Shown here in pieces: positions 1 to 12,880 of a stretch of DNA of 64,000 nt (positions within the stretch are counted from its first letter, which is position 1; every line of letters begins with the position of its first letter). The translations under genes and the position numbers were made by a program. The notes under the pieces were generated by a model, which was not told the DNA's origin, ran no database searches, and saw only the letters and a program-made list of their open reading frames with translations. Source of the DNA: Mobula hypostoma (Eukaryota); contig NC_086097.1 in the NCBI RefSeq assembly GCF_963921235.1, positions 160,892,001 through 160,956,000 of the forward strand, written 5' to 3'.

Positions 1-1250
1 TCTGGACTATTCCTCTTCTCACCCTGCCTCTTGCAAAAACGCCATCCCCTTATCGCAATTCCTCCATCTCCACCGCATCTGCTCTCAGGATGAGGCTTTT
101 CATTCCAGGATGAGGGAAATGTCCTCCTTTTTTAAAGAAAGGGGCTTCCCTTCCTCCACTATCAGCTCTGCTCTTAAACGCATCTCCCCCATTTCACGTA
201 CATCTGCTCTCACTCCATCCTCCCGCCACCCCACTAGGAATAGGGTTCCCCTGGTCCTCACCTACCACCCCACCAGCCTCCGGGTCCAACATATTATTCT
301 CCGTAACTTCTGCCACCTCCAACGGGATCCCACCACTAAGCACATCTTTCTCTCCCCCACTTCTCTGCTTTCCGCAGGGATCACTCCCTACGCGACTCCC
401 TTGTCCATTTGTCCCCCCCCATCCCTCCCCATTGATCTCCCTCCTGGCACTTATCCGTGTAAGCGGAACAAGTGCTACACATGCCCTTACACTTCCTCCC
501 TTACCACCATTCAGGGCCCCAAACACTCCTTCCAGGTGAGACGACACTTCACCTGTGAGTCGGCTGGGGTGATATACTGCGCCCGGTGCTCCCGATGTGA
601 CCTTTTATATACTGGCGAGACCCGACGCAGACTGGGAGACCGCTTTGCTGAACACCTACGCTCTGTCCGCCAGAGAAAGCAGGATCTCCCTGTGACCACA
701 CATTTTAATTCCACATCCCATTCCCATTCTGACATGTCTATCCACGGCCTCCTCTACTGTAAAGATGAAGCCACACTCAGGTTGGAGGAACAACACCTTA
801 TATTCCGTCTGGGTAGCCTCCAACCTGATGGCATGAACATCGACTTCTCTAACTTCCGCTAATGCCCCACCTCCCCCTCGTACCCCATCTGTTACTTATT
901 TTTATACACACATTCTTTCTCTCACTCTCCTTTTTCTCCCTCTGTCCCTCTGACTATACCTCTTGCCCATCCTCTGGGTTCCCCCCCCCCCGTCTTTCTT
1001 CCCGGACCTCCTGTCCCATGATCCTCTCATATCCCTTTTGCCAATCACCTGTCCAGCTCTTGGCTCCATCCCTCCCTCTCCTGTCTTCTCCTATCATTTT
1101 GGATCTCCCCCTCCTCCTCCCACTTTCAAATCTCTTCCTAACTCTTCCTTCAGTTAGTCCTGACAAAGGGTCCCTGAAACGTTGACTGTACCTCTTCCTA
1201 GAGATGCTGCCTGGCCTGCTGTGTTCACCAGCAACTTTGATGTGTGTTGC
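1..1250 (+). mobile_element. Penelope-like retroelement, 3' part (RT C-terminus, GIY-YIG endonuclease, 3' tail)
   Basis: ORF 110-862 has VIYCARCSRCDLLYTGETRRRLGDRFAEH...EEQHLIFRLGSLQPDGMN, a Penelope-type GIY-YIG domain. It is followed by a pyrimidine-rich 3' region that recurs many times in the window. Confidence 0.9.
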
Positions 1251-1764
1251 CTCACTACTATTTATTTTGATTTTGCACTCTTTGTTTAACTACTTAATAT
1301 ATGTACAGGTATACTTACTGTAATACATGTTTTTCTTCTCTATTATTATGTACTGCATCGTGTGTTTGCAGCAAAGGCAGCAAATTTCAACTGTTGGTGA
1401 TATTAAACCTGATTCTGAGTAAACAGTGATTTCATATGCAGTTGATCGTACCTGGACAAGGGATTACAAGAGATCGTACTGTGACTTCATATGTTGCAGC
1501 TGACTATAGTGTAACTTTCTATGTTGGAAATGGAATTGGAATTGATCCATTATTGTTCACATGCGTCAAGATATACTGAACAGCTTGTCTTGCATACCAT
1601 TTTATAGACATCAAATCATTATACAATTCATTTAGGTAAAACAAGTTAAAGTGATAACAATGCAGAATAAAGTGTAACAACTACAGAGAAATTGTGGGCA
1701 CATAAACAATAAGATGCAAGATTGTAACAAGGTCAGGAGTCCATTATATGACACTGTATTGCAG

Positions 1765-1851
1765 TTCATACCTCATATTATGGTGAAGAATATGGAACTA
1801 GTCATTGAGCAAGAAGTGAAATCATTTGGGAAGAATATTAACCATGCTAAT
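1765..1851 (+). CDS. Candidate internal exon of an unidentified plus-strand gene (FIPHIMVKNMELVIEQEVKSFGKNINHAN)
   Basis: ttgcag acceptor, gtgagt donor, 87 nt, only frame 0 open, does not look like repeat sequence. No homology recognised. Confidence 0.35.
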
Positions 1852-2239
1852 GTGAGTGTACATGAAGGGAGACACTAACTTCCCAAAGGCTACCACAGGC
1901 AATTAAAATAGCAATATTATTCTGCGTTAAATGATTTATGTGCTACATGATCCATTTTTCAGACATGTTTGCCCTGTTGCCGGTCACCTAGTTACCTAAT
2001 AACTCTAAAAGTTTATGAATCAGATTAAATTGTTGCCGACTGTTTGCTTTTGCTCCTTTCTTTGCTGAACTTGCCAGCAAACTCGGAAATTACTTTCTGT
2101 TTTAGTCAATGGTCAAAGAAGCAGTTGAGAAGGTTAAATTGCTAGAATGCATCATTGCTTGTACTGATTGCCTGGACTTTGGAAACATGTAGAAGGTACT
2201 GTGAACTCAGGGTTTGTTTTAGAAATTAATCTGTGATAA

Positions 2240-2710
2240 AGGGGAACTTCCCAGTGGCCAAACTTCTTAATTCTGATTCCTATTCCCATTCCTCTGTCTC
2301 AAGCTGAGGCCACCCTCAGGGTGAAGGAACAACACCTTATATTCTGCCTGAGTACCCTTGAACCTGATGACATGAATATTGACTTCTCCTTCTGGTAAAC
2401 AAGTTATCCCCCTTCTCTGTTCCTCACTCTGACCTTTTACTTCTCGCCTACCTATTACTTCCCCCTGGGTCCCCCCCCCTTCCCTTTCTCCTATGGTCCC
2501 CTCTCCTCTCCTCTCAGATTCTTTCTTCTCCTGCCCTGACCTTTCCCACCCACCTGGCTTCACTTACTACCTTGTAGATAGACACTTTCCCCTCCCCCAC
2601 CTTTCTATTCTGGCATCTTCCCCCTTCCTTTCCAACCATGATGAAGGGTCTCAGCTTTTTTTGTGTGTTGCTTTGGACTTCTACCGTCTGCAGACTTTCT
2701 CATGTCTATG
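2240..2710 (+). mobile_element. Penelope-like 3' fragment
   Basis: Degenerate copy of the 700-1250 region (aggccaccctcagggtgaaggaacaacacctt...). Confidence 0.8.
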
Positions 2711-3080
2711 GTAACTAGTTTCGTTAGCCATAACCCAAAGTTACCAAAACTCTACCTTCTTAAAATAATAAAATGAAGATAAACTCCTTTAGGTGAAAAT
2801 GTTTTATTTTTTATTACATAAAGTGAAAAATGCATAATTTATTTACATTTCACAAGTACAGTATTCTATGAGATTATAAACAAACCGGAAACCTGATTTT
2901 TTTTTGTTAATTTGTCCAACAAAGCTTTTAAGAAGTATTCTGGGCTTTGCAGTTCTATTGCATTCTACTTTGTCCTTTGCCTTTTTAACTGTGCTAAAAA
3001 GCAGCTGCCACCTTCCAAGGTTGCCTGTAAATCTTGTGTAATTTTAATGTTACATTTTAATTTACGATGGTTTGATTCAG

Positions 3081-3156
3081 ATTGGCATAAGATGTGTCCG
3101 AATCACTCAAGGAGAGCTTCTATCTAATAGTTACAAGACTATTGAATTGTCCCCAA
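3081..3156 (+). CDS. Candidate internal exon (IGIRCVRITQGELLSNSYKTIELSP), phase-compatible with 1765-1851
   Basis: gattcag acceptor and caa|gtatga donor; open in frame 0; ends in phase 1. Confidence 0.25.
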
Positions 3157-3339
3157 GTATGATAAAATGGATGGCTGACAGTTTAATAAAACAGACCCCT
3201 GATCATACAGTCAATTTCATAATGGCCTTACTGTCTGTAGTGCATATTTTCTGTAACTATAATACTTAATTTGGCAATCTGTTATTGTTTTCCCTTGTAC
3301 TACTTCAATGCACTGTTGTGAGCAATGATCTGTATCCGT

Positions 3340-3640
3340 TAGTCTTGCGAGACCATGGATCTGCGCCTGGAAAGTCTTCACTCTCCAGGGCGCAGGCCTG
3401 GGCAAGGTTGTACGGAAGACTGGCAGTTGCCCATGCTGCAAGTCTCCTCTCTCCACGACACCGATGTTGTCCAAGGGAAGGGCATTAGGACCCATACAGC
3501 TTGGCACCAGTGTCGTCACAGAGCGATGTGTGGTTAAGTGCCTTGCTCAAGGACACATCACGCTGCTTCGGCTGGGGCTCGAACTCACGACCTTCAGATC
3601 GCTAGTCGAATGCCTTAACCACTTGGCCACGTGCCCACAC
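3340..3640 (-). mobile_element. tRNA-derived SINE
   Basis: Minus-strand head GGCACGTGGCCAAGTGGTTAAGGC...GAGTTCGAGCCCC with Pol III A and B boxes; related copy at about 10080-10280. Confidence 0.75.
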
Positions 3641-6600
3641 TGGGCATACAAAACAAATTTGTCACTGTACTTCAGTCCATGTGACAATAATAAACCAAGT
3701 TACAATTTACCACTTAGAGACCAAGAAATGTCCAGTCCCATCAGAGCCAATGGAATGACCAGACACCTACTTGACCAAACACCTTGAGATCAGCACTTCA
3801 ATCCCAAGATCACAGAGCTGCTTGTAATGTACCAGTGTATATTTAAACATGCAAAGTTTAAGATGTTTTCTCTTTTCAACTGGATTCTACAACCAAACGT
3901 ATCTCTACACTACCCCCCCCCACCCCCTCACTCTCCGCTTTCCACAGGGATCGCTCCCTCCGTGATTCCCTTGTCCATCTGTCTCTCTCCATTAATCTCC
4001 CTCTGGTACTTATCTCTGCAAACTGAACATCTCTGCATCTGATGAAGGATCTTGGCCCGAAATGTCGACTGTATTCTTTTCCATAGATGCTGCCTGGCCT
4101 GCTGGATGTCTCTCAAAATTTCGAGGAGCAACACCTCATGTTCCATCTGGGTAGCCTCCAACCTGATGGTATGAATAATGAGTTCTCCTACTTCTGGTGA
4201 TTTTTCCCCCTTCCCCTTCTCTTTTCTTCAATTCCCTACTCTGGTCTCCCTCTTGCTTTGTCTCTTCTCCTCACCTTCCTATCACCTCCCCCGGTAACCC
4301 TTCTGGCCTTTCTCTCATGGTTGACTCTCCTCTCCTTTAAGATGGTGACACATGCAAACACAGCAGCCTCTCAGGCCAAACAAAAGTGCTTTTTACTTTG
4401 TTAAGTTTGTTTTTTACAATCCAAGGACAATTTACTCCAAGAACATTGAACACTGAAGTGCTGTTTGTTGATCAGAATAGCTGGACTGGTGTTGAAAGGG
4501 CCGGCCGAGATGTTGGAGGAGCCGGTTTTAGTTCGGAGGAGCTGTCCTGACTGCAGACCGCGTTGCTGCCCGCTACTCAGAGGCATCAAAGTTGGTGCAG
4601 TATAACCGTGAGAGATTGTCTTGGACATTTGACGTGCAATCGTAAGACTATTGGACAGTGCTAATGTAAGTTGCTGCAGGCCTGCTACCCCTTGTCTGAT
4701 GGAGGGCCAGATGACATTGAAGCTGTGTAGCCTTGGCTGAAGCAAGGACTAGGTCTCAAGCCTGCTGCAGACCAGGTGAGAGACACGGAAGCGCTACAAC
4801 ATTGTGTCCACGGCCAGCTGGGGCCTGGCCTCCCCCATCAGTGCTGCCCTTCCATATTCACGCAGTGGAATGACAGGCTGGATTGTGTGTGTCTGTACAC
4901 TGCCAGGAGACTATACCATCAATCGCCCAACATTGTCGCTCAGCGTCTTGGACTATATATATGTTTTTTTTAATGAATATACTTCTTTGCTCACTATTTT
5001 GAATTATGTTACTCACTATTTTGAAGTTTGCTTCCTATTTTTAATGTTTTGCCTCTTGGCCTCAGAAGAAAGTTGTCTCGTTCAGCTGTATCTATGCATG
5101 TTTTAAATGATAATTAAACTTGATTTGATTTGATATTATTTGATTCCTTTTTTTCCAGCCCTTTATCTATCCCACCTATCATCTCTCAGCTTCTTATTTC
5201 ATCCCACATCTCCACTCACCTGGCTTCAGGCATCACCTGCTAGCTTGTAGTCTTTCCACTTACCCCCCACCCCACCTTCGTATTCTGGTTTCTTTCCCCA
5301 ATCTGATGAAGGATCTCAACCAGAAATGTCCAATAGCTGCTGCCTGACCTGCTGAGTTCCTCCAGCATTTTGTGTTTGTTGCTCTGGATTTCCAGCATCT
5401 GTGGAATCTCTTGTGTTAATGTTTTCCCTTTGTTTGTTTTGTAGCTTGCTCCTTTCTTTTATTTAGATGTTTTGCTGTTGATTTTCTTCATTTTTCATTC
5501 TATCTGCGGTTCTCCAGATGTCCACTGATCGCCAGTCCATCATTCAAGCGGTCGTTTTTCATTGCTGACATTGATAGTGAGTTTCAGCAGGCACGAGAGG
5601 AATCATATCTTATATATAAACAAATGGATCTTTGAATACATTTCGCTGCAAGATAAATTCCAATCTAGGAGTATGAAAGTCAATGGTTTCATTTAAACTT
5701 CCGGAGGTCAGCTCATGGAATCAAATTAGTTAATCTAAATGTCAATTCACTGTTTGAGCAAGACAAAGGATAGAAAGAAAAAAAGGATCGAAATTCTCTA
5801 ACGTGAACAGCTTGTAATGTAAGGAGAGGTTGAAGTTTGAAGGTAAAAGGATGGTTACATTGTATGACAGATATTTGTTTTAATTCAGAATTGGAGTGTG
5901 AGTTGAGGTAGAAGAAGATGCTCTTGGTTCATGAAATACCTTCAGAAATGGTGCTTATAAAGGTGATTTATTGTGGCATGTAACATGAACACAAGTCCAT
6001 AAAGGTTCTTTGTTTTCAAATAGTTAATTGGACTCTGTCTGTCCTTTCCCATCTGAGCAGCAACAACAGTTCAGCAGTGCTTGGAGTGAATTGGAGACCT
6101 CACACATTATCAATCTTGGCACAAGATTGCCTGCATTTAGATCTGTAATTCTGAATATCATTGTTCTCTTCTGAAACAATTAGAGATTTGGATAATAGTA
6201 AGCTGATTCCCAGAGCTGACCAGCAAGGTGATTTTCCTAATGTAGAAAATCAATTTCCATGAACAAAAGGATCTGCTCACTGCTTGTTAGTTCAATGAAG
6301 CTAACAAGTCATTCTGCTAATAAAAGAGTCAATTTTATCTGAGTATCAAACAGTTATTTCCAAGAAGTTGTTTCCATTTTATGAAGTTTCTGAGCCCTGG
6401 AGTGTAGTGCTGAATGTTTCCTTGTGAAGGTTGCCATAGAAATGGAATGTCCTGTGGATGACATAAACAATCCAGACATCTCTGTGCATGTTGGACATCC
6501 TATTAACTTTCATCAAGACCAGGAGGATAAATTGAGATTCAGTTGCTGAGGCTTCTTTGATGTAAGTTATGTATAATTCTACATAAAATAATATATAATT

Positions 6601-8675
6601 ATGTATGGTTAAAACAAAAACAAAACAAAAAGGCTGATGATTTAATGCCGATAATTTATTTTTAGTTTCTTGTTATTCCTAGCAGCCTGCTAAACTTTTC
6701 AGTCAGAGGACTGTAGTTGGTTTTTAAGGACATTATGATGAACTTTCACGTGAGAATAAAACCACGAGGCACTCATTATGGCCTGGAACTGTGCCAGCCA
6801 TCCTGAAGTTAGTTAAGCAAAGGTGCTTTGGATGCCCAGATACTTTGGACAAACACACCTCAGGAAGTATGCAAGGGCCCTATTCCAACTACACTTGTTT
6901 TTAACTGGGATATATTAAAATCAATATAGTCCCATTCATCCAGCAAGCTCAGGATGTTGAACTAATAGATTTTGCAGCAACAAACAAAATGCTAGAGAAA
7001 CTGACCTGGGCCAGGCAGCATCTATGGAGGGAACCAGACAATCAACCCTTCATGTCATGGCCCTTCATCTTTCTAGCATCTGTTGTCTCCAGAGTCTCTA
7101 ATAGTTTTCCAGACTATCAGATGGGGTTATTTTTATTAACACTCCAACAAATCAGAATCAGAATCAGGTTTATTATCACCAACATATCTCCTGAAATCTG
7201 TTGTTTTGCAGCAGCAGTACAGTGCAATACTTGAAAGGTACTTAAATGACAATGAATATATTAAAAAATGTGAAAAGAGAACAGAATAGTTGGTGTTCAA
7301 GGGCTTACAGGACACTTAGGAAATCTGATGGCGGAGAGAAAGAAGCTGTTACAAAAAACATTGAGTGTGTGTCTTCAGGCTCCAGTCCCTTCTCCCTGAT
7401 GGTAGCAACGGGAAGAAGACACGTCATGGATGATGAGGGTACTTCCATATTGGATCTGTCTTCTTGAAACATCACATTTGAAGATGTTGTTGTTGATGGG
7501 GAGGTTAATATCCGTGCTGGAGCTGATTCTGTGCAATGCTGCCTCTACCAGACGCTGATGCAACTTCTTAGAATGCTGTCCACCCTACACCTGTAAAACA
7601 TTGCTAGCATCTTTAGTGGCATACCAAATCTCTTCAAATTCCTACTGAAATATAGCCTTTGGCATGTCTTCTTCATGATCGCATCAATGTGTTGATACAT
7701 TTCTTTTGATTAAAAAAAACTTTTCGTTCTCCTTTCTTACACAGTACCATTTCAGTGAACCCAGTAAGTTTCAAGGCAACAGAGCTGTATGAGTTTAAAG
7801 AGAGCATGGGAACTGGGATGGGACCCCAATGATTGGAGTGGGAGTGTGAAAATCAGAGACAACCAACTCAACCACACAGACCATGGGCATGTACACTGAA
7901 GTCTCTGCATGTAATGTTGCTTCCCAAGACAATGTTCCTTATTCGAATCACAGCTCCAGTGATCCAGATTCAATCCTGACCTCCTGTGCTGTGTGAGCTT
8001 TACACAGTCTCCCTGTGATTGTATGTATTTATTTTCTGGGTGCTCTACTTTCTTCCCAAACCCCAAAGACATGGACACTATGAGCTTCATTAATCTAATA
8101 GGGTTTATTTAAGATTACCGGGATACAGGGATAGGGGAATGGGATTGCTCTGTATAGCATGGGCCCCTGGTGTAAAGAAATTTGGAAATTGCAGGTTCAA
8201 ATCTAGTTAGGATACATCCTGACCACATAAACTGCTCTAACTAAAGTCAGTAATCTTCTGTGACTATGAACATGCTGCATAATCACAGAAAGTTCATGAC
8301 CCTTTTGCTCAACTGCACCAATCACAACTGCCTGCATGAAGGTGATAGCCATCCATGCCTTGCGTACATGCCTACCTATTTAGTGTATCGATGGAACCAC
8401 TGACAGAAGACTGCTATCAACTTGAAACGTTAACCCTATTTCCCTCCACATTGATTCTGACAAAGGTGCACTTAACGTTGCACAATATTTCCATTCTTAA
8501 GGAAAATTGTGTCAATATATCACAGTAAACTTATTTCAATGAAGATTTATAATGTGTTGGAAATCATTTATCATTACTCCCCTAATCTATGTACACAGAA
8601 TGATAAACACACATTTAACACACCTTGTTCTCAAGTCTCCAGTATTAATTGTTTAATTCATAGAAAAGTTATGGT

Positions 8676-8681
8676 TTTATT
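8676..8681 (-). terminator. Candidate poly(A) signal of the 55-aa basic protein gene
   Basis: AATAAA on the minus strand about 140 nt after the TGA at 8823. Confidence 0.5.
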
Positions 8682-8822
8682 CATAAGGTAAACATAATCC
8701 CATAGCCGTCAGATACAGCTCTTCAATGGTAGCAAGATGTTATTTATGTAGAGTAGTTCATTTTTTCTGCTATCCTTCATCCAATTGAAGTTTTCTTCTG
8801 GAGCTTAGTAGATGGCAGCAAG

Positions 8823-8990
8823 TCATTTCCCTCCTTTCTTCTTGCACTTTTTGTTGGGTTTCAGTTTGGGTAGAGACCTGTGTTGAACATATTTCGGGGA
8901 CACATATCTGATAGATTTTGCTTTCTTGCCTCGTTTATTGTGCCATTGACGGCAGATGCTATGGGTTGTATAGGCTTTTGACTTAGTCAT
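8823..8990 (-). CDS. Unrecognised 55-aa Lys-rich basic protein, putative spermatid/sperm nuclear basic protein (MTKSKAYTTHSICRQWHNKRGKKAKSIRYVSPKYVQHRSLPKLKPNKKCKKKGGK)
   Basis: Translated by hand. Start context ACAACCATG; 15 K, 4 R, no D/E; MTKS start as in S1; same strand as the other SNBP genes. Upstream tgccttttaagatatt (9091-9106) matches the Z2 promoter at 15 of 16 nt; downstream AATAAA. Confidence 0.7.
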   Translation of the reverse strand: MTKSKAYTTHSICRQWHNKRGKKAKSIRYVSPKYVQHRSLPKLKPNKKCKKKGGK

Positions 8991-11027
8991 GGTTGTGTTT
9001 GTCTTTGACGCAGCTCACCCTGATTTCAGCTGTGTATTACATAGGCTGTGATGCACACAATGATCATCATCATCATTTCTGGTAATTTATTGCCTTTTAA
9101 GATATTAGGATATATTCAGATTATGATGTATTTCCTATGGTGCAAGATCACTGTTTTACAAAGTTATAATTTGTTACATACTTTCCTTTGAGTATTGTGC
9201 ATTACTAAGAACATCAAAAAGTGAATATCAAAAAAATAGAGTAAGAGAAAGATAGAACATGGAAAATTACTGTTGGGCCCAGTGAGTCCACCATGACCAT
9301 CAATTACCCATTTATTTACGCAAGTCCCATTTAAAAAAAACACCCCACAGTTTCATTAATCCCCTTTGGATTTAACCGCTCACTACGTACAAGTAGCAAT
9401 TTAGAGTGTCCATTTAAAATATCATCCCTCACCATCAGGACGAAACTGAGGGAAAGCCACTGAGTCACAGTAAGAACATGCAAGCTCTATGCGGCTCGTG
9501 CCCGAGGTCCGGATTGAACTAGGCCTCTGATATTGAGAAGCAGTGGCTTTTCAAGCCGCACCATTGTGCTGCCCAACTATGTGGCTTGGGGGTAAGGATA
9601 ACTAGACTGTAACAGAATGGGACAGTGCAAAAACAGAAATTCATTGCTTAATAAGGATCAAGTAAGAAAAAGTGAAGTGATAAACATGGTCACTAGCACA
9701 AAAATATTTAAAAGTGCAAATCCAGAAGTGCTTGATCCGAATGCTCAAAGCATTTGTAATATGTTAGATGAATGAGCAGAGCAAATAGATGTAAATGAAT
9801 ACAATATCACTGATATTACGGAGAGCAAGAAACAGTCTGCTGGAGGATTGAGCAGCATCTGATATTGTCCGTTACTATTACGGAGATATGGCTGCAATAG
9901 GATAAAGACTGGGAGCTTAACATCAACCAATATCAACCTTTTAGCAATGATAGGCACAAGAAGAAAAGGAGGTAGAATGGAATATGAATTAGTTCAGTTT
10001 GAAAGTAGGGTTTTAAATTTAAACAAATGAAAATATACAAACGGGTAAAAGGATGCAGAATGAGTTGATAATGATGCATTCGGGACGGGGGGGAACATCG
10101 ACTCAGACCATGAGAGGCCTGCGTCAGGCATTTTCATGCCTTACAAGGCGCAGATTGGAAGTCTGTGTGGGGCACTACTAGAGCAATGTGTGATTAAGTG
10201 CCTTGCCACAGCTGAGGCTCGAACTAGCGACCTTGAGGTAACTAGACAAATGCCTTAACCACTTGGCCACATGCCCAACGCATTGGTGAACTTCATTGAA
10301 ACTCATGACTGCTAACAATTAAGGAACAAATAAAGGAACAGCGGTAGTTATACTGATGCAAAAACACAAAAGGAAAAGCAACATAGGTATGATTTACAAA
10401 AGAAGTTCAGGGTAGCATCAGAATCAAAGAAGCTTATAAAATTGCCAGGAACAGCAAGCTTGAGGATTGGGAGCCATTTAGAATCAGCAAAAATGTTGGT
10501 GATACTAAATTTGATTCTGATTATTGCATATAAAATACATATACAGATTTCAAATTAATTAATTGCTACAACTGCAGCTTGTATTGATCTAAAACGTAAT
10601 GAAAAATATTATTCTCAGCATACTAGTATGTAAATGGTGTTAAGTAAGGAGAGATAGCTAGCTAATAACATAGTCAAATAATAACATGTTCAAACAAGAG
10701 GAGTTAACAGGGAATCTGAATTTATCAATATTTAACAGGAAGAAATGATGATTCTTCCAAGATGAGTATAATTAATTCATTGAATATTATACCTATTCAT
10801 TGCTAATATAAAAACCTGTTTCCACACTTTTCCTTTGAACTTAAATGAGGCCTTGAGCAGGTGAATTCCTTTAGACAGAGAATTAACTGCTTTCCCACAG
10901 GACGTAGACTTACATGGTGAGTGGTAGGGCACTGAGGAGAGTGAGGGATCTGGGAATACGATGCATAGTTACTTGAAAGTGCCATCAGAGGTAGATAGGG
11001 TGCTAAAAGAAAAGCAGGACAAAGGCA

Positions 11028-11880
11028 AGAGAAAATCTGCAGATGCTGGAAATCTGAGCAACACACACAAAATGCTGGAGGAACCTAGCAGGCCAGGCAG
11101 CATCTATGGAAAAACGTACAGTCGACGTTTTGGGCAGAAACCCTTCGGCAGGACTGGAGGAAAAAAAGCTGAGGAGTAAATATAAAAGGTGGAGGGAGGG
11201 AAGAAAGAACCAGTAGGTGATAGGTGAAACCTGGTGAAGTGTCACCCATGTTGGGGTCACTTACTGTGTTTGGTGCTCCTGGTGTGAGCTCCTGGACAGC
11301 AGTGACACCTGTCATAGATTGGGAGACCGCTTCGCCGAGCACCTACGCTTCGTTCGCCGGAACAAGCAGGATCTCCCATGGGCCACCCATTTTAATTCCA
11401 CTTTCCATTTCCATTCTAATGTGTCCATCCATTGCCTCCTCCACTGTCGTGATGAGGCCACACTCAGATTGGAGGAACAACAACCTTATATTCCATTTGG
11501 GTAGCCTCCAACCTGGTGGCATGAACTGTGATTTCTCAAACTTCTGGTAATGCCTCCCAAACCTCTTTCTCCATTCCCCATCCCCTTTTCCCTCTCTCAC
11601 CTTATCTGCTTGCCTGCCCATCGCCTTCTCCCACCTTTTCTTTCTTCCATGGTCTTCTGTCTCTTTCACCAATCAACTTCCCAGCTCTTTACTTCATCCC
11701 TCCCTCTTCAGGTTTCACCTATCACCTGGCTTTCTCTCTCCCCTCCCCCCACCTTTTAAATCTACTCCTCAGCTTTTTTTCTCCAGTCCAGCCGAAGGGT
11801 TTTGGCTCAAAATATCGACTGTACTTTTTTCCATAGATGCTACCTGCTCTGCTGAATTCCTCCAGCATTTTTTGTGTTTT
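11028..11880 (+). mobile_element. Penelope-like element remnant with inverted terminal arms
   Basis: GIY-YIG remnant (GDRFAEHLRFVRRNKQDLP) at 11319-11504; 11062-11233 is an inverted copy of 11709-11876. Confidence 0.8.
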
Positions 11881-11884
11881 ATTG

Positions 11885-12880
11885 AATACAGGAGTTGGGA
11901 TATTATGTTGAAGTTGTAGAAGACCATAAGACATATGAGCAGAATTAGGCCAATTAATCCATGGAGTCTACTCTGCCAATTCATCATGCCTGACTTATTA
12001 TCCCTTTTAAACCCATTCTCCTGCCTTCACTCTGTAGCACTTGACGCCCTGTCTAATCAAAAACCTGTCTTCTTTAAATATACCCATTAACTTGGCCTCC
12101 ACAGCCATCCTTGGCAATGAATACCACAGATTCACCACCCTCTGGCTAAAGAAATTCCTTATCTCTGTTCTGAGCGGATATCCCACGATGTTGAGGCTGT
12201 GCCCCCCGTTCCTAGACTCTCCCACTATAGGAAACATCCTCTCCACATACACTCTACCTAGGCCTTTCAGTATTTGATAGCTTTCAATGAGATTCCCCTC
12301 TCATTCTTCTGAATTCCAGCAAGTACAGGCCCAGAGCCATCAAACGCTCACCAATAAGATGTTGGTGAGGCCTAATTTGAAGTATTGTGTGCAGTTTTGG
12401 TCCTATCTGCAGGAAAGATGTCTATAAGATAGAAAGAGTGCAGAGAAATTTTAGGATGATGTCAGGAACTGAGGACCTGAGTTATGTAGAAAGGCTGAAT
12501 ATGTTAGAACTTTTATTCCCTAGACCATAGGAGAATGAGGGAGATTTGATAAAGGTATACAAAATTATGAGGGTAAATGCAAGCTGGTTTCTTCCACTGA
12601 GATTGCGTGAGACCAGAGCTAGATTCTTGAACATGGGTTAAGGATAAAAGGTAAAATGTTTAAAGGGAACATAAGGGGGAATTTTTTTACTCAGTGGGTC
12701 GGTTAGGGTGTGGAACAAGCTTCCAGAGGAAGTGGTGGATGAAGGTTTGTTTTCAACATTTAAGAGAAATTTGGATAGGTACATGGATAAGATGGGTATG
12801 GAGGGCTATGGGCAGGTACATGTCAATGGGACTAGATAGATTTATATTTCAGATGGGCTAAAGGTTCTGTTCCTGTACTA
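11885..12880. mobile_element. Nested CR1 LINE 3' fragments (minus-strand copy about 11925-12350 inside a plus-strand copy)
   Basis: CR1 ORF2 C-terminal motifs (RMFPIVGESR..GHSL, NFFSQRVVNLW; decayed VRP.L.YCVQFW). Confidence 0.75.

Noticed and set aside
110..862. Domesticated GIY-YIG nuclease gene
   Set aside because: It appears frameshift-patched in the middle and has many decayed sibling copies in the window, so it is an ordinary Penelope-like element.
3570..3640. tRNA gene
   Set aside because: A and B boxes are present, but it is joined to a repeated SINE body and has no convincing cloverleaf.
6061..6175. Possible upstream TRPN1 exon (QQQFSSAWSELETSHIINLGTRL...)
   Set aside because: No ankyrin motif and no convincing splice donor before the stop.
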